From positions 186,001-250,000 of IMG/VR virus record IMGVR_UViG_3300044972_002389: a stretch of DNA of 64,000 nt; one strand, 5' to 3'. The number at the start of each line of letters is the position of its first letter. The stretch's first letter is position 1. Below, one piece after another: positions 27,889 to 38,090 of this stretch. The notes under the pieces are model-generated. The model was not told the DNA's origin, made no database searches, and saw nothing but the letters and a program-made list of their open reading frames with translations. The position numbers and the translations under genes are program-made.

Positions 27889-30104
27889 CTTTTGTTTCCG
27901 TATCGGGGATCAATTGGCTTGACATGAATCTGATCAAACAGCAGAGGAAAGTTGGGCAAAACTTTTGGTAGGTCTGTTCTCTCCAACCAATTGTAATTTA
28001 CGCTGCTGTGTGGAATGAAGTTGGGGAAATCGTGAGTTCCGCCCTTGCTCTTCAAATGATGATGAAATTTGTGTGCCAGGTCACAATCTAGGTCTAGGCA
28101 CAGGGCTTTGTCGCCCATTTTGGTCCAACCTTTTATTTGTGCTGGCACAACCACAGTGTTACCATGCATGCTCATGAGGTGAGGCACTGGTTTTTGGCTA
28201 TACAAAACAGTCATGTGAAGATCATCAGTATTCATACAGGGAACACCTTGACTTTCACACCATTCTTTGAGCTCTCGAGCATTTTTGGGACTCATGCTCA
28301 AAACAACTATGGTGCCAGCAGCGTGCTCATGAGCTTCCATTACTGTGTTCCTAGGGTGCTTGAGATAGCGTCGAACTGATTGGAACAGCCTATTGGAAAG
28401 TTCATCATCCAAACCCACAGCTTGGTGGAAAGCCTTTTTGTCTTTGTTCAAAACAGCCTCACGTGCCTTGGTGCCGCTTATTCCACTAACGCCAATGCCA
28501 TCTGGATGCCGTTCTCCAGCTGATACAATTTCAATCGTCACTGGTTGACGTTGATGTTTTTCACGTATTTCTGGACTGTTCCAAGAGTCAAAAAGGTCTT
28601 TCATGCCCTGCACACGATCTTCGCCGGCAACAAATACAAAATGTCTATAGCCTTTGTTGTAGAGCCATTCTGCGGCTTGCAGCGGAGTTTTGATGCTCTC
28701 ATCCTGCACCACATGATCTTGGTGTTGAGACATAATCTCTTGGAAAAACTCCAGCTTTTCCGCCCAAGGCAATGGATTCTTTTTTCCGTCTTGACTGTGA
28801 CTCAAAAAGATCCAATAGTCACCCTTGCCAGCGTGTTTGGCCATTGTGTTAACCAAGTGCTGATGACCACGAGTGGGAGGATTCATCCTCCCAAAGGTCC
28901 AAACTACCCGGTTGTGTTCTTGTTCCATCAATGAATCAGGCTCGCCTTTTCTCATAAATTGGGCACGATTTACAAACTTCACTATTCCAGTGGGAGTTAC
29001 AGCCACAAATCCCTCATGTCCTGGATCTCCACCCAAACTAGCACCCACTGTCCCATCTGTTTGACGGTCCATTTGTTTCTTGAGATCCAGCTTCAAACTT
29101 GTTAACAAACTTACTATCCGCCACACGCTATTGTAACCATGGATGTGGCTTTGAATCCATTTCAAACACTTGGCCTGCATTGCAGGGCTAGCAGTACTGT
29201 TGAGCCCTGTAAGCCACTCCAAAAACTCTCTACTCACATGGCTAAATGTGGAACTACCACGTTCTGCCTTTTTGGCCAAAAAGCTTTTCATCAAGCCAGG
29301 AAGGCTCAAGATTTCATGACTGGCTAGTTGTCCTCTGTCCAAAAATGATTTCACACTTACAGCATGCACTCTAAACAAGTGGGATAATTTGTCAACTAAG
29401 TTTTTATCCAGGTTCAAACTTTTGAGCATGGTGGCTTCATGAGGTAGGATAGCCAGTCCTTGATCAGTGCGAAAGCCATATTGACTAATGTTTCGCAAGG
29501 CTTCTGGTTCCTGATCTTCAGGGCTTTGATAAACACTGTGCATGACCACGCCAGCACTGCTGTTGGCAATCATTTCACCATATTGACTGTTGACAGGCAC
29601 ACGATAAGTTATTTTGTTGGGTGTAAATTCATATGCCCCATCTACAATGGGAGGTACACCAGTCCACAACAAATCCGCTTGAACGTAACCGATAAATCCT
29701 TTTGGGGTAACTTTTTTCAACAATGGGTAGAGACTGGCTATTTTGTTGGCATATGCCAGTCGAGCACTCTTTGCACTGGGGCTGGTGTCTTTCATTTTCC
29801 TGCTCATGAGCATATTGACAATATCCTCAGGGCTTGTGGTTAAACCATTGTATTTTTTACTGCTGAATCCAGCTTTGTCTGTTAACACAAATTTATAGTC
29901 TTTCCATCCAGAAATCAAGGCTGGTGTTCCATCCATTTTTATACTAACATACTCGGGTTGATGAGCAGTTGTGCTCAGTATATGAAAAGCTCTTTTGGCA
30001 CCATCTAACCCCTCATCGAAGATCATGTCTTCTGGATGCTCGATACGGGCTTTGGCCTCAGTCAAAGAGAGATTTACTACTGGTAATAAGTCAAACAGCT
30101 TCAT
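27885..30104 (-). CDS. three-domain protein: ligase-like KxDG domain + HIGH-class cytidyltransferase-like domain + Acb1/gp57B-like 2H phosphoesterase
   Basis: SIKMDGTPA...HEGFV; FGRMNPPTRGH...VAGEDR...SGTKAR; LHMTVLYS...GTHDFPNFIPHSSV; TAAATA at 30144-30149 (minus). Confidence 0.8.
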   Translation of the reverse strand: MKLFDLLPVVNLSLTEAKARIEHPEDMIFDEGLDGAKRAFHILSTTAHQPEYVSIKMDGTPALISGWKDYKFVLTDKAGFSSKKYNGLTTSPEDIVNMLMSRKMKDTSPSAKSARLAYANKIASLYPLLKKVTPKGFIGYVQADLLWTGVPPIVDGAYEFTPNKITYRVPVNSQYGEMIANSSAGVVMHSVYQSPEDQEPEALRNISQYGFRTDQGLAILPHEATMLKSLNLDKNLVDKLSHLFRVHAVSVKSFLDRGQLASHEILSLPGLMKSFLAKKAERGSSTFSHVSREFLEWLTGLNSTASPAMQAKCLKWIQSHIHGYNSVWRIVSLLTSLKLDLKKQMDRQTDGTVGASLGGDPGHEGFVAVTPTGIVKFVNRAQFMRKGEPDSLMEQEHNRVVWTFGRMNPPTRGHQHLVNTMAKHAGKGDYWIFLSHSQDGKKNPLPWAEKLEFFQEIMSQHQDHVVQDESIKTPLQAAEWLYNKGYRHFVFVAGEDRVQGMKDLFDSWNSPEIREKHQRQPVTIEIVSAGERHPDGIGVSGISGTKAREAVLNKDKKAFHQAVGLDDELSNRLFQSVRRYLKHPRNTVMEAHEHAAGTIVVLSMSPKNARELKEWCESQGVPCMNTDDLHMTVLYSQKPVPHLMSMHGNTVVVPAQIKGWTKMGDKALCLDLDCDLAHKFHHHLKSKGGTHDFPNFIPHSSVNYNWLERTDLPKVLPNFPLLFDQIHVKPIDPRYGNKS

Positions 30105-30224
30105 TGTTACGCCCCAACATAATCTTTTGGCAATCTATTGAATTATTTAACAGATCAAGGCGTCCATTTTGACTTCTTCTGTAACCAATTACAAAATTTA
30201 GGGTTTCAAACACAAAGGACTATA

Positions 30225-31070
30225 ATGGCATTGGTTCCCAAGATCAAATATCTAACAAACAAAGATTTATTGTCTGCAATCCATGAAAGTAAGCTTACTT
30301 TTTGTGAATTTGTTGACAAAAAATACACTGATTTTGATGTCATTGTATATGATCTTGCAGCAGCAACTCCAGAAGTTTTGGACGCTGCTCGACACAAAAA
30401 GCTAGCTAACAAAATGGCTGAAGAAAAGAAAGCCAGCGGCAGCAAGACTTTTGAATCTTCATTAACATTGGATAATGTGCCTTTGGATGAAATTGTTGTG
30501 AGGCTTATGACTTTTGTGCACATTCCGTTAAACCCTGCCAAAGCTGACAAAGCCAAAAATCAGGCAGAAAAACACATCAGATGCAATTTCCCTCCTTTTC
30601 AACATTGGATTTTCCAAAACAATGAATGGAAATGTGTGGGCAAGAGTCATCACAAAAAGGGTGAATTCACCTTAACTGGCGGTAGGATTACTGATAGACT
30701 GGCTGCTATGTGGATCAAATTGGTTGATCGCTATGGGCATAGAGGCAACTGGAGAGGTTACACTTATCTTGACGAAATGAAAGCGCAAGCACTGGTGCAA
30801 TTGGCACAAGTGGGACTTCAATTTGATGAAGCTAAAAGCTCAAACCCCTTTGCTTATTATACTACCGTAAGTAGTACAAGTTTTCTCAAGATATTACAAC
30901 TGGAAAAGAGAAGTCAACACATAAGAGATGATCTTTTGATCATGCATGGTGCAACACCCAGTCACACCCGACAGACCGAGGATCAGTTGGCACAACAACT
31001 GGGATTTGACAATGCAGAAGCAGCAGTCCCACTTGTTGTGCCCCAAATGAGCCCAACTGGCCCCATCTAG
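30225..31070 (+). CDS. late-transcription sigma factor (T4 gp55-like)
   Basis: KYLTNKDLL, NWRGYTYLDEMK, QFDEAKSSNPFAYYT motifs; AAGGA RBS before ATG 30225. Confidence 0.88.
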   Translation: MALVPKIKYLTNKDLLSAIHESKLTFCEFVDKKYTDFDVIVYDLAAATPEVLDAARHKKLANKMAEEKKASGSKTFESSLTLDNVPLDEIVVRLMTFVHIPLNPAKADKAKNQAEKHIRCNFPPFQHWIFQNNEWKCVGKSHHKKGEFTLTGGRITDRLAAMWIKLVDRYGHRGNWRGYTYLDEMKAQALVQLAQVGLQFDEAKSSNPFAYYTTVSSTSFLKILQLEKRSQHIRDDLLIMHGATPSHTRQTEDQLAQQLGFDNAEAAVPLVVPQMSPTGPI

Positions 31071-32788
31071 TATTTTTTGATCCACACTGCGTTGCCTGCA
31101 TCATAAAAACGATTGTAGCCCAAATTTTTGGCAATTTCTTGCTCTGTATTGCCCGCAGCTAAGCCTTGTATTTTGTGTTTTTGAAATTTAAGTCGGCTCT
31201 GAACGTCATTTATATTTTTCCAATACCAATAATTGGGTGGACTGATATGACTTAACTCAAAGCCTGTTTTTTCGTAACCATTTCCCAGTCCCCAGTTCAA
31301 GTTACTGTAGGACACCAAGCTTTTGAATCCCAACTCCTGATGTGCATGATTCAAAAGCTTGCTAAGCCCTCCTGGCACATGATACCCAGGCAAAATACAA
31401 TAACGGGCCAGCTCATAATCACTCCCTTTGCTATACCTAGTTTTGACAAAGCTAGCAAGTGCAACAAGCGACCCGTTGTGTTCCAAACCCCAAATATGTT
31501 TGGTTGGTATGTTGCCCTGCAAGTGTGAGTTCTGAATAAATGTTTTAGCTGTTCCAAAATCCACAACTGTAATGTTGCATTTACGTGCACCAACAATTGT
31601 TTTTTTCAAACCCACTACGTGTGACAATCTGTCAAATATAATATTGGGTTTTTGCACCATCTCATGTTCCCAAATTTGAACAAGCCTTACACCTTTTTCA
31701 AGAGCTTGTTTCCATTTATTTTGATGATATTTTTTGTCTCCTATTTGGCAATCTGAATGATAAAAGATGCCATTAAACTCAATACCCACATTTAAATCTG
31801 GAAGATAAAAGTCAATCTCCAATGGCTTGATAACTTGCCTATTCCATTGCTCAAAAGATATGTTATTATCCCACAACCATTGTTTGATCTTTGTTTCTCC
31901 CCAACTTTCTTTTCTTGGATAACAAGCAAAACAACGCAAATCAGATTCTCTTTTCAAGGCAACACTGAATTGGTTATGGCATTTTTGGCAAACAAACGAA
32001 TGTTCAGAATAACGATGTGAGTCCAAAAATTCTTCTTGAGTGAATAACGGAGTGTAATCAGTCCTATTTGTAATATAGGAATCCCAAGATTTTTGCCGAA
32101 AAGTTTTCCTATTGGTCTCCCTATGCTCTGTTGTCAAAAACGGGGCCACAACACCATATTTTGAGAGGTTGGTTTTTTTGGTTTTAACTAACACCTCCAG
32201 GTTTTGAGCAGGAACAGGTGCTCCATAAGTGTTTTGAAACACCTCTATAGTTTTGGTTCTTATATCAGGATGTTGCTGAGGAAAGTTTACTCCCCAATTT
32301 TCCTGGATCGTTTTTTGTGCTTTGTCTAAAACAACAGGATTTAAGGTTGGAGCTTTTGCGCCATACTTTTCAAAACATGTGGTCTCAGCTTTGGCTTTGA
32401 CCTTGTCATGTTGACTTGCATACTCAAAACCATACTTTTGAAGGTTGGTATTTTTACGTTTTTCGTGAATATGATTTATTTCATCTCTAGTGCGGCTGTG
32501 TCGAACGCTTTCCTGATATTCACGATTACAGGAGCATTGAGATTGATTACCACAGAATTTTCTGAACCCTAGAACCATATTATTGAAAGTCCTGAACTTA
32601 CCACTCTGTTCACACCAACTGTTTTCTGCATTAGTGTTATGAACGTATGCATAAAATTTAGCTGCAATTGGGCCTTCACAAGGAAATAATTTGTCTAGCT
32701 CTTCTTTGTGTATAGGCAACAACTTTGTCAACCTATTTGGTGTAATCTCCTTGTTCAACCAAAGTTCTTTCAATTCTGCCAAATTCAC
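31067..32788 (-). CDS. free-standing putative homing endonuclease (KYG repeats + Vsr/PD-(D/E)xK-like domain + GNAT-like tail)
   Basis: T...KYG repeats; EIDFYLPD...GIEFNGIFYHS; L.QIWEHE; ARKC; YDAGN. Confidence 0.75.
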   Translation of the reverse strand: MNLAELKELWLNKEITPNRLTKLLPIHKEELDKLFPCEGPIAAKFYAYVHNTNAENSWCEQSGKFRTFNNMVLGFRKFCGNQSQCSCNREYQESVRHSRTRDEINHIHEKRKNTNLQKYGFEYASQHDKVKAKAETTCFEKYGAKAPTLNPVVLDKAQKTIQENWGVNFPQQHPDIRTKTIEVFQNTYGAPVPAQNLEVLVKTKKTNLSKYGVVAPFLTTEHRETNRKTFRQKSWDSYITNRTDYTPLFTQEEFLDSHRYSEHSFVCQKCHNQFSVALKRESDLRCFACYPRKESWGETKIKQWLWDNNISFEQWNRQVIKPLEIDFYLPDLNVGIEFNGIFYHSDCQIGDKKYHQNKWKQALEKGVRLVQIWEHEMVQKPNIIFDRLSHVVGLKKTIVGARKCNITVVDFGTAKTFIQNSHLQGNIPTKHIWGLEHNGSLVALASFVKTRYSKGSDYELARYCILPGYHVPGGLSKLLNHAHQELGFKSLVSYSNLNWGLGNGYEKTGFELSHISPPNYWYWKNINDVQSRLKFQKHKIQGLAAGNTEQEIAKNLGYNRFYDAGNAVWIKKY

Positions 32789-32915
32789 AATTTTTCTCCA
32801 ACCCTATTGCATATTATTTATATATCATAATGAATATCACAAATCTAGGTCCTGCCCACCTGTTGAACTAACAGTTTTTATCAGCTATACTCTGACTCAA
32901 GGAGACTTTTGAGTC

Positions 32916-33947
32916 ATGACTATCAATCTAGACAATGTTGATTTTTCAAAAGTAATTGCCATAACTGATGTGCATTTTGGCATGCGGAACAACTCCAAAC
33001 AGCACAACACTTGGTGTACTGAGTTTTTGGAGTTTGTGGTCAAACGAGCACAAGAGCTGAAAATCAAAACACTCTTGTTTTTGGGCGACTGGAGTCACAA
33101 CCGCAACAGTGTGAACATCAGCACACTCAATTACAGCCACAATGGCATGAAACTGCTAAACAACAATTTTGACAATGTGATAATGCTCTTGGGCAACCAT
33201 GATCTCTATTTTCGAGATACTCTAGAGCTGCACAGTATTCCCTATGCACAGGATTTTTCAAATATTCACCTAATTGACAAAATCACCACAGTCAAAGACT
33301 ATTGTTTTGTTCCTTGGTTGGTGGGTGATGAGTATAAGTTGATTCAAAAAATCAAACAGCCTTATTTGTTTTGTCATGCTGAAATTGCCAAGTTCCGGAT
33401 GAATGCCATGGTGGAAATGCCCGATCATGGCGGCTTGAACAGTGAACACTTTCAAAATCAAAAATTGGTGTTCAGTGGGCATTTTCACAAAAGGCAGCGA
33501 AAGGGCAACATTTGTTATATTGGCAATGCCTTTCCTCACAACTTTGCAGATGCGGGAGACGATGATAGAGGGTTGATGATCTGGACTCCTGGAACTGATC
33601 CCATATTTGAAAAATGGCTTAGTGCACCCAAGTATCGCACGTATAACCTTACAGAGGCACTTCAGGATCCTACCGGCTTGATAGACAACAAAACTTTCGC
33701 ACGGATAACAGTAGATGCTGACTTAACTTATGAAGACCTTGCCTTCATTAGAGAGTTATTTGAAACTCAGCTAGCTGCCTTGGATGTGAGTTTTATTCAT
33801 GGCAGAAGTGATGGAGATGACACTGTTCTTGATGATAGTGAAATCAATTTTGAAAGCGTTGACTCAATTGTGGTGTCACATTTGAATAGTATTGAAAGCA
33901 CTACAATGAACAAACAACGCTTGATTGAAATCTATCAGAGTATTTGA
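32916..33947 (+). CDS. recombination endonuclease subunit (T4 gp47 / SbcD / Mre11-like)
   Basis: TDVHFG, LGDW, GNHD, FSGHFH metallophosphoesterase motifs. Confidence 0.92.
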   Translation: MTINLDNVDFSKVIAITDVHFGMRNNSKQHNTWCTEFLEFVVKRAQELKIKTLLFLGDWSHNRNSVNISTLNYSHNGMKLLNNNFDNVIMLLGNHDLYFRDTLELHSIPYAQDFSNIHLIDKITTVKDYCFVPWLVGDEYKLIQKIKQPYLFCHAEIAKFRMNAMVEMPDHGGLNSEHFQNQKLVFSGHFHKRQRKGNICYIGNAFPHNFADAGDDDRGLMIWTPGTDPIFEKWLSAPKYRTYNLTEALQDPTGLIDNKTFARITVDADLTYEDLAFIRELFETQLAALDVSFIHGRSDGDDTVLDDSEINFESVDSIVVSHLNSIESTTMNKQRLIEIYQSI

Positions 33948-35725
33948 ACTTGATCATCCTCAAAAACGTCACAATCAAAAACTTCATGAGTGTGGGTGCT
34001 GTTACACAATCAGTTACTCTCACACAACCTGGCTTGACTCTTGTATTGGGCGAGAATCTAGACTTGGGCGGCAACGGCAACCGGAATGGTGTTGGCAAAT
34101 CGACGCTGATTTCAGCCATTTGTTATGCCCTGTATGGTCAAGCTCTTACTAACATCAAGAAAAACAATCTCATCAACAGCATCAACAAAAAGAACATGGT
34201 GGTGAGTATTGAGTTTGAAGCCCACGGCAACAGCTACAAAATTGAACGTGGCCGTGCCCCTAGTTTTTTCCGCTATGTTGTAAATGATGAATCAGTAAAT
34301 GAAAACAAAAGTGCAGACGAAGCTCAAGGCGAAAACAAAGATACTCAGAAAGAGATTGAGAAGGTATTGGGCATCAGCCACACCATGTTCAAACACATTG
34401 TGGCTTTGAACACCTATACTGAGCCATTTTTGAGCATGGGTGCTGGAAAACAGCGAGAAATAATTGAAGAGCTGTTGGGAATTACATTACTGTCTCAGAA
34501 GGCAGAAAACCTCAAAAAGCTTATTCAAACAACCAAACAAACTATTGAACAAGAAGAGTTCAAAATACATACTATCAAAAACAGCAATACACGTATTTTG
34601 AGCACTATTGAAAGTTTGAATCAAAAAACCCAACAGTGGGATACTCAACATCAGAACAAAATTCAAGACTTGGAAAATGCACTAGATGCTTTGAGTCATC
34701 TTGATGTTGAGCAGGAAATTCAAAGTCACAAAGACAATCTTGTGTATCGTGAACTTCAAACAGCATTGAAGAATGTGCGCAGCCAAAGCCAAACAAAAAC
34801 ACAGCATGGAACACAGCTGAAGGCGCAACAAAACAACTGGTTAACTCAGTATAGTCAAATTCAAGACCACAACTGCGCAATGTGTGGTCAAAAGATTCAT
34901 GACGAGAAACAAACACATCTGCTGGACGACCTTGAGCACAAAATTACCAAACTGGACAGCAGCATTCAAACACTGGAACAGGAATGCCTGAGTTTGACAC
35001 AAGAACTGGATGAGCTCATGGGTCTGTCTAGTGCTGTATCGCTAAACCAAACATTTTACAAAAGCATTGATGAGGCATATGAGCATCGAAACAGTCTCAC
35101 ACTTCTTAGTGGTGAACTGGACAAACTTAAGCTTGAAACCAATCCTTATCAAGCCCAAGTGGGTAATTTAAATGACACACTGCAAGAAGTCACTTATGAT
35201 TCACTAAATGAACTCAGCCAACTCAAAGACCATCAAGAGTTTCTCTTGAAGCTGCTAACAAACAAAGACAGCTTCATCCGAAAGCGTATTATTGATCAAA
35301 ACCTCAGCTACTTGAATCACAGACTGGGTGAATATCTAGCTGGATTGATGTTGCCACACCAAGTTAAATTCAGCAACGACTTGGGAGTTGAGATCATGCA
35401 TATGGGCGTAGACTTTGACTTTGACAGTCTCAGCCGAGGTGAACGCACAAGAGTTTGTTTGGCACTCAGCTGGGCATTCCGAGACATTTTTGAAAACATG
35501 AACACCAGCATCAACTTCATGGCTGTTGATGAGATCCTTGATGTGGGACTTGACAGCACAGGACTTGAAAGATCTCTAGAGACGCTTAAGGCTATGAGCA
35601 GAGATCGGAACAAGAACATTTTGTTGATCTCACATAGAGAAGAGCTAACAAGTCGCTGCGATCGAGTTTTGTATGTTATCAAAGAGTTAGGTTTCACTCG
35701 TTTCAGCTATGAAAGCGGTGAGTAA
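33944..35725 (+). CDS. recombination ATPase subunit (T4 gp46 / SbcC / Rad50-like)
   Basis: NGVGKST Walker A, CAMCGQ zinc hook, LSRGE signature, VDE Walker B, ISH. Confidence 0.93.
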   Translation: MNLIILKNVTIKNFMSVGAVTQSVTLTQPGLTLVLGENLDLGGNGNRNGVGKSTLISAICYALYGQALTNIKKNNLINSINKKNMVVSIEFEAHGNSYKIERGRAPSFFRYVVNDESVNENKSADEAQGENKDTQKEIEKVLGISHTMFKHIVALNTYTEPFLSMGAGKQREIIEELLGITLLSQKAENLKKLIQTTKQTIEQEEFKIHTIKNSNTRILSTIESLNQKTQQWDTQHQNKIQDLENALDALSHLDVEQEIQSHKDNLVYRELQTALKNVRSQSQTKTQHGTQLKAQQNNWLTQYSQIQDHNCAMCGQKIHDEKQTHLLDDLEHKITKLDSSIQTLEQECLSLTQELDELMGLSSAVSLNQTFYKSIDEAYEHRNSLTLLSGELDKLKLETNPYQAQVGNLNDTLQEVTYDSLNELSQLKDHQEFLLKLLTNKDSFIRKRIIDQNLSYLNHRLGEYLAGLMLPHQVKFSNDLGVEIMHMGVDFDFDSLSRGERTRVCLALSWAFRDIFENMNTSINFMAVDEILDVGLDSTGLERSLETLKAMSRDRNKNILLISHREELTSRCDRVLYVIKELGFTRFSYESGE

Positions 35726-35810
35726 TTATCTGTACTCCATAAATATAGATATATGCCGGTCACGACCCTGGCAGGTCCACCGGCTCTATCGCTTTAAGGG
35801 AGCAACAGCT

Positions 35811-36635
35811 ATGTCTATTTATCGTAATATCAAACCCTTTGGGTTTTATGTGTATGCCTACTTAAGAAAAACAACATCCAACAATGGTCCTGCAGGAACC
35901 CCTTATTATATTGGAAAAGGGACCGGCATACGTTACAAAGAAAACCACGGAACTCTACCTGTACCAAAAGAAGCATGGAGGATTGTTGTCCTTGAACAAG
36001 GATTAACTAATCTTGGTGCTGTTGCGCTCGAAAGAAGGCTGATACTCTGGTGGGGACGCCTGGATAATAACACAGGTATATTACACAATCGAACTGATGG
36101 CGGGGATGGGGCAGTTGGGAAGATAGTCTCTGATGAATCAAGAATGAAAGCAAGTGTTAACAATTGTGGCAAAAAAAGAAGTGCAGAAACAATCAAGAAC
36201 ATAAAAGATGCATTATCTCTTATCGACAGGTCAGGAGAGAATCATCCGTTATATGGCAAAAAGCATTCTGATGAAGCTAGATCTAAAATGAGCGAAGCTA
36301 AAAAAGGCAGGTCCTATGAAGAAATTTATGGCCCAAAAGCAGAAGAGATGCGAGCTGCACGCTCACAAAAATCTCGGGGACGAAGTCTGTCTGCTGAGAC
36401 CAAAGAAAAGATAAGTTTAGCAAATCGAGGCAAGAAAAAACCTGCAGGCTTTGGAGTCCGAATGTCCGCAGTAAGGTCTGGCCAAAAAGTCTCTGAAGAA
36501 ATTTTGAAGAAGAGAGCACAGATATTCGAAGCAACAAAACAAACTTGTGAACATTGCGGGAATATCTTTGGTTTAGCGAACTATATCAGATGGCATGGTC
36601 CTAATTGCAAAACTCAACCTAACCAACTACTATAG
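35811..36635 (+). CDS. GIY-YIG homing endonuclease with NUMOD3 repeats (Seg-like)
   Basis: FYVYAYLR...PYYIGKG..R, L.N.TDGGDG, GKKHSDEARSKMS; GGGAG RBS before ATG 35811; TAAATA at 35740. Confidence 0.88.
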   Translation: MSIYRNIKPFGFYVYAYLRKTTSNNGPAGTPYYIGKGTGIRYKENHGTLPVPKEAWRIVVLEQGLTNLGAVALERRLILWWGRLDNNTGILHNRTDGGDGAVGKIVSDESRMKASVNNCGKKRSAETIKNIKDALSLIDRSGENHPLYGKKHSDEARSKMSEAKKGRSYEEIYGPKAEEMRAARSQKSRGRSLSAETKEKISLANRGKKKPAGFGVRMSAVRSGQKVSEEILKKRAQIFEATKQTCEHCGNIFGLANYIRWHGPNCKTQPNQLL

Positions 36636-36650
36636 GCGATTCGATTGGGA

Positions 36651-37166
36651 TTATACACCAGCAGTATAACTCAGTTCAGCAATCTTCAGCTTGTTTTGTT
36701 CAAAAAATGGCTCAAACTCTGTTATTACAAAGGTTTTGTAACGTGCGTGGTTTTCAACCGTGAAGTCAGCCAAATGTTTTTGATCAAAACAAGCATAACT
36801 TCCTTTGTGATTGATGCGTATGACAACAAACCACAAATCTTCTGGATCACATGTGTCAAGTGTTTGCTCTATCCAAGCATCCAGTTGTTTGATATCTCCA
36901 TTGCACATGAGTCGATGCCACGGAAAGTCTTGATAAAACTTACTTTCAATCACCAGCTTTTTCATATGGGAAGGTGGAATGAGATCACTTTTGAAGTAGC
37001 TGATTTGCGTAGCATCCATAGTGTCTTTTCTCTTGGTGTTTGCTCCTCCAATGAAGGCACCAGAATTAGGAACCCTAATAAATTTGGCTTCATATAACGT
37101 TGTGAGAAACTTGGCTATCCGTAATTCGCCTGCATTTCCTTTTGCCTTGCCTTTGGACCCTGCCAT
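36651..37166 (-). CDS. Holliday junction resolvase (Hjc-like PD-(D/E)xK)
   Basis: K.KG...E..IA..L, RVPNSGA, SDL, IESKFY motifs. Confidence 0.75.
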   Translation of the reverse strand: MAGSKGKAKGNAGELRIAKFLTTLYEAKFIRVPNSGAFIGGANTKRKDTMDATQISYFKSDLIPPSHMKKLVIESKFYQDFPWHRLMCNGDIKQLDAWIEQTLDTCDPEDLWFVVIRINHKGSYACFDQKHLADFTVENHARYKTFVITEFEPFFEQNKLKIAELSYTAGV

Positions 37167-37205
37167 ATGTTTTTTCCTGTAATCCAGAAAAAGCTCTGGA
37201 AGTCT

Positions 37206-37234
37206 TTGATTTTATAGTTTTAGATGGCTATAAT
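37206..37234 (+). promoter_or_regulatory. sigma70-type promoter for the TnpB-like gene
   Basis: TTGATT-17 bp-TATAAT with GC extension. Confidence 0.65.
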
Positions 37235-37258
37235 CAAAATAACAAAAGAGCATTTCAA

Positions 37259-38068
37259 ATGAAGCACAACAAGCCACAACACCGCAGCATTTTTATTGTA
37301 GTTGATCCAGTAGATCAAAATCGGCTCAATAGTTTTTTCCGACAAGAGTTGGGATTTTACAATACCCTTGTAGGAACCTTTGGAAGTCGTGTAAGAGCAT
37401 TTCCACAAACTATTCTCAACATCACACACGATCAAGCATCACTCTTTTGTGATCTAGCCAAATACAATCTCAACATTCGCGAATTGGTGAAAAAGCCTCA
37501 AGAATGGCCTGAACAACTGAAAAGTTATTTTCCAGTTGCTTTTGACAGACTCACACAAAAAACAATTTTGACCGAAGCGCAAATTATGATGTTTGAATCT
37601 GCCGGAGCCAATCGCTGGATTATGATTCCAGAAGCCAAAAAACAGATGGCTAGAGCAGTTATTGATTTTTACAAAGAGCAAGCAGACATTTTGGCTCATC
37701 CCCAATCAAGCGATATAATTGAGGTGGCTTACAAGACACCACCCAGCAGCTTGAGTGAGTTGGAAATCAGCAACAAACGTCATGCACAGATCCCTCGTAA
37801 TGAAATCAAATACAAATACAACAACACTGAACAACATACAGAAATTTGGACTCCGTTAACTACAAAACCCATTATTATTCCGCATTTTAACCTTAACGAA
37901 TACAATCGATGGACAACAGCAATAGTCAAGCAAGAGAGTGGTAGATTCTGTGAATACAACACACCTTGGGTAATTGACTTCAAAAATACAAAAAACAATT
38001 ATCTTTTGAAATATCTAGACAGCACAGCACGTAGTCCAGGCAATTATAGAATCAGCAACTACGCATAA
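37259..38068 (+). CDS. 269-aa protein resembling the TnpB/Cas12f WED-REC half, with no RuvC domain
   Basis: N-terminal RSIFIVVDP.DQNRL..FF...LGFYN.LV, mid helix ARAVIDFY...YKTPP, beta-rich IWTP...TAIVKQ.SG...WVIDF; ends where RuvC-I would start. The ORF is solid, the family call is tentative. Confidence 0.55.
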   Translation: MKHNKPQHRSIFIVVDPVDQNRLNSFFRQELGFYNTLVGTFGSRVRAFPQTILNITHDQASLFCDLAKYNLNIRELVKKPQEWPEQLKSYFPVAFDRLTQKTILTEAQIMMFESAGANRWIMIPEAKKQMARAVIDFYKEQADILAHPQSSDIIEVAYKTPPSSLSELEISNKRHAQIPRNEIKYKYNNTEQHTEIWTPLTTKPIIIPHFNLNEYNRWTTAIVKQESGRFCEYNTPWVIDFKNTKNNYLLKYLDSTARSPGNYRISNYA

Positions 38069-38090
38069 CAGAGTATATTTTTAAAACATA

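Noticed and set aside
35726-36650. Group I intron carrying the GIY-YIG gene inside gp46
   Set aside because: gp46 is complete before it (signature, Walker B, H-loop, normal C-terminus) and there is no downstream exon or intron core
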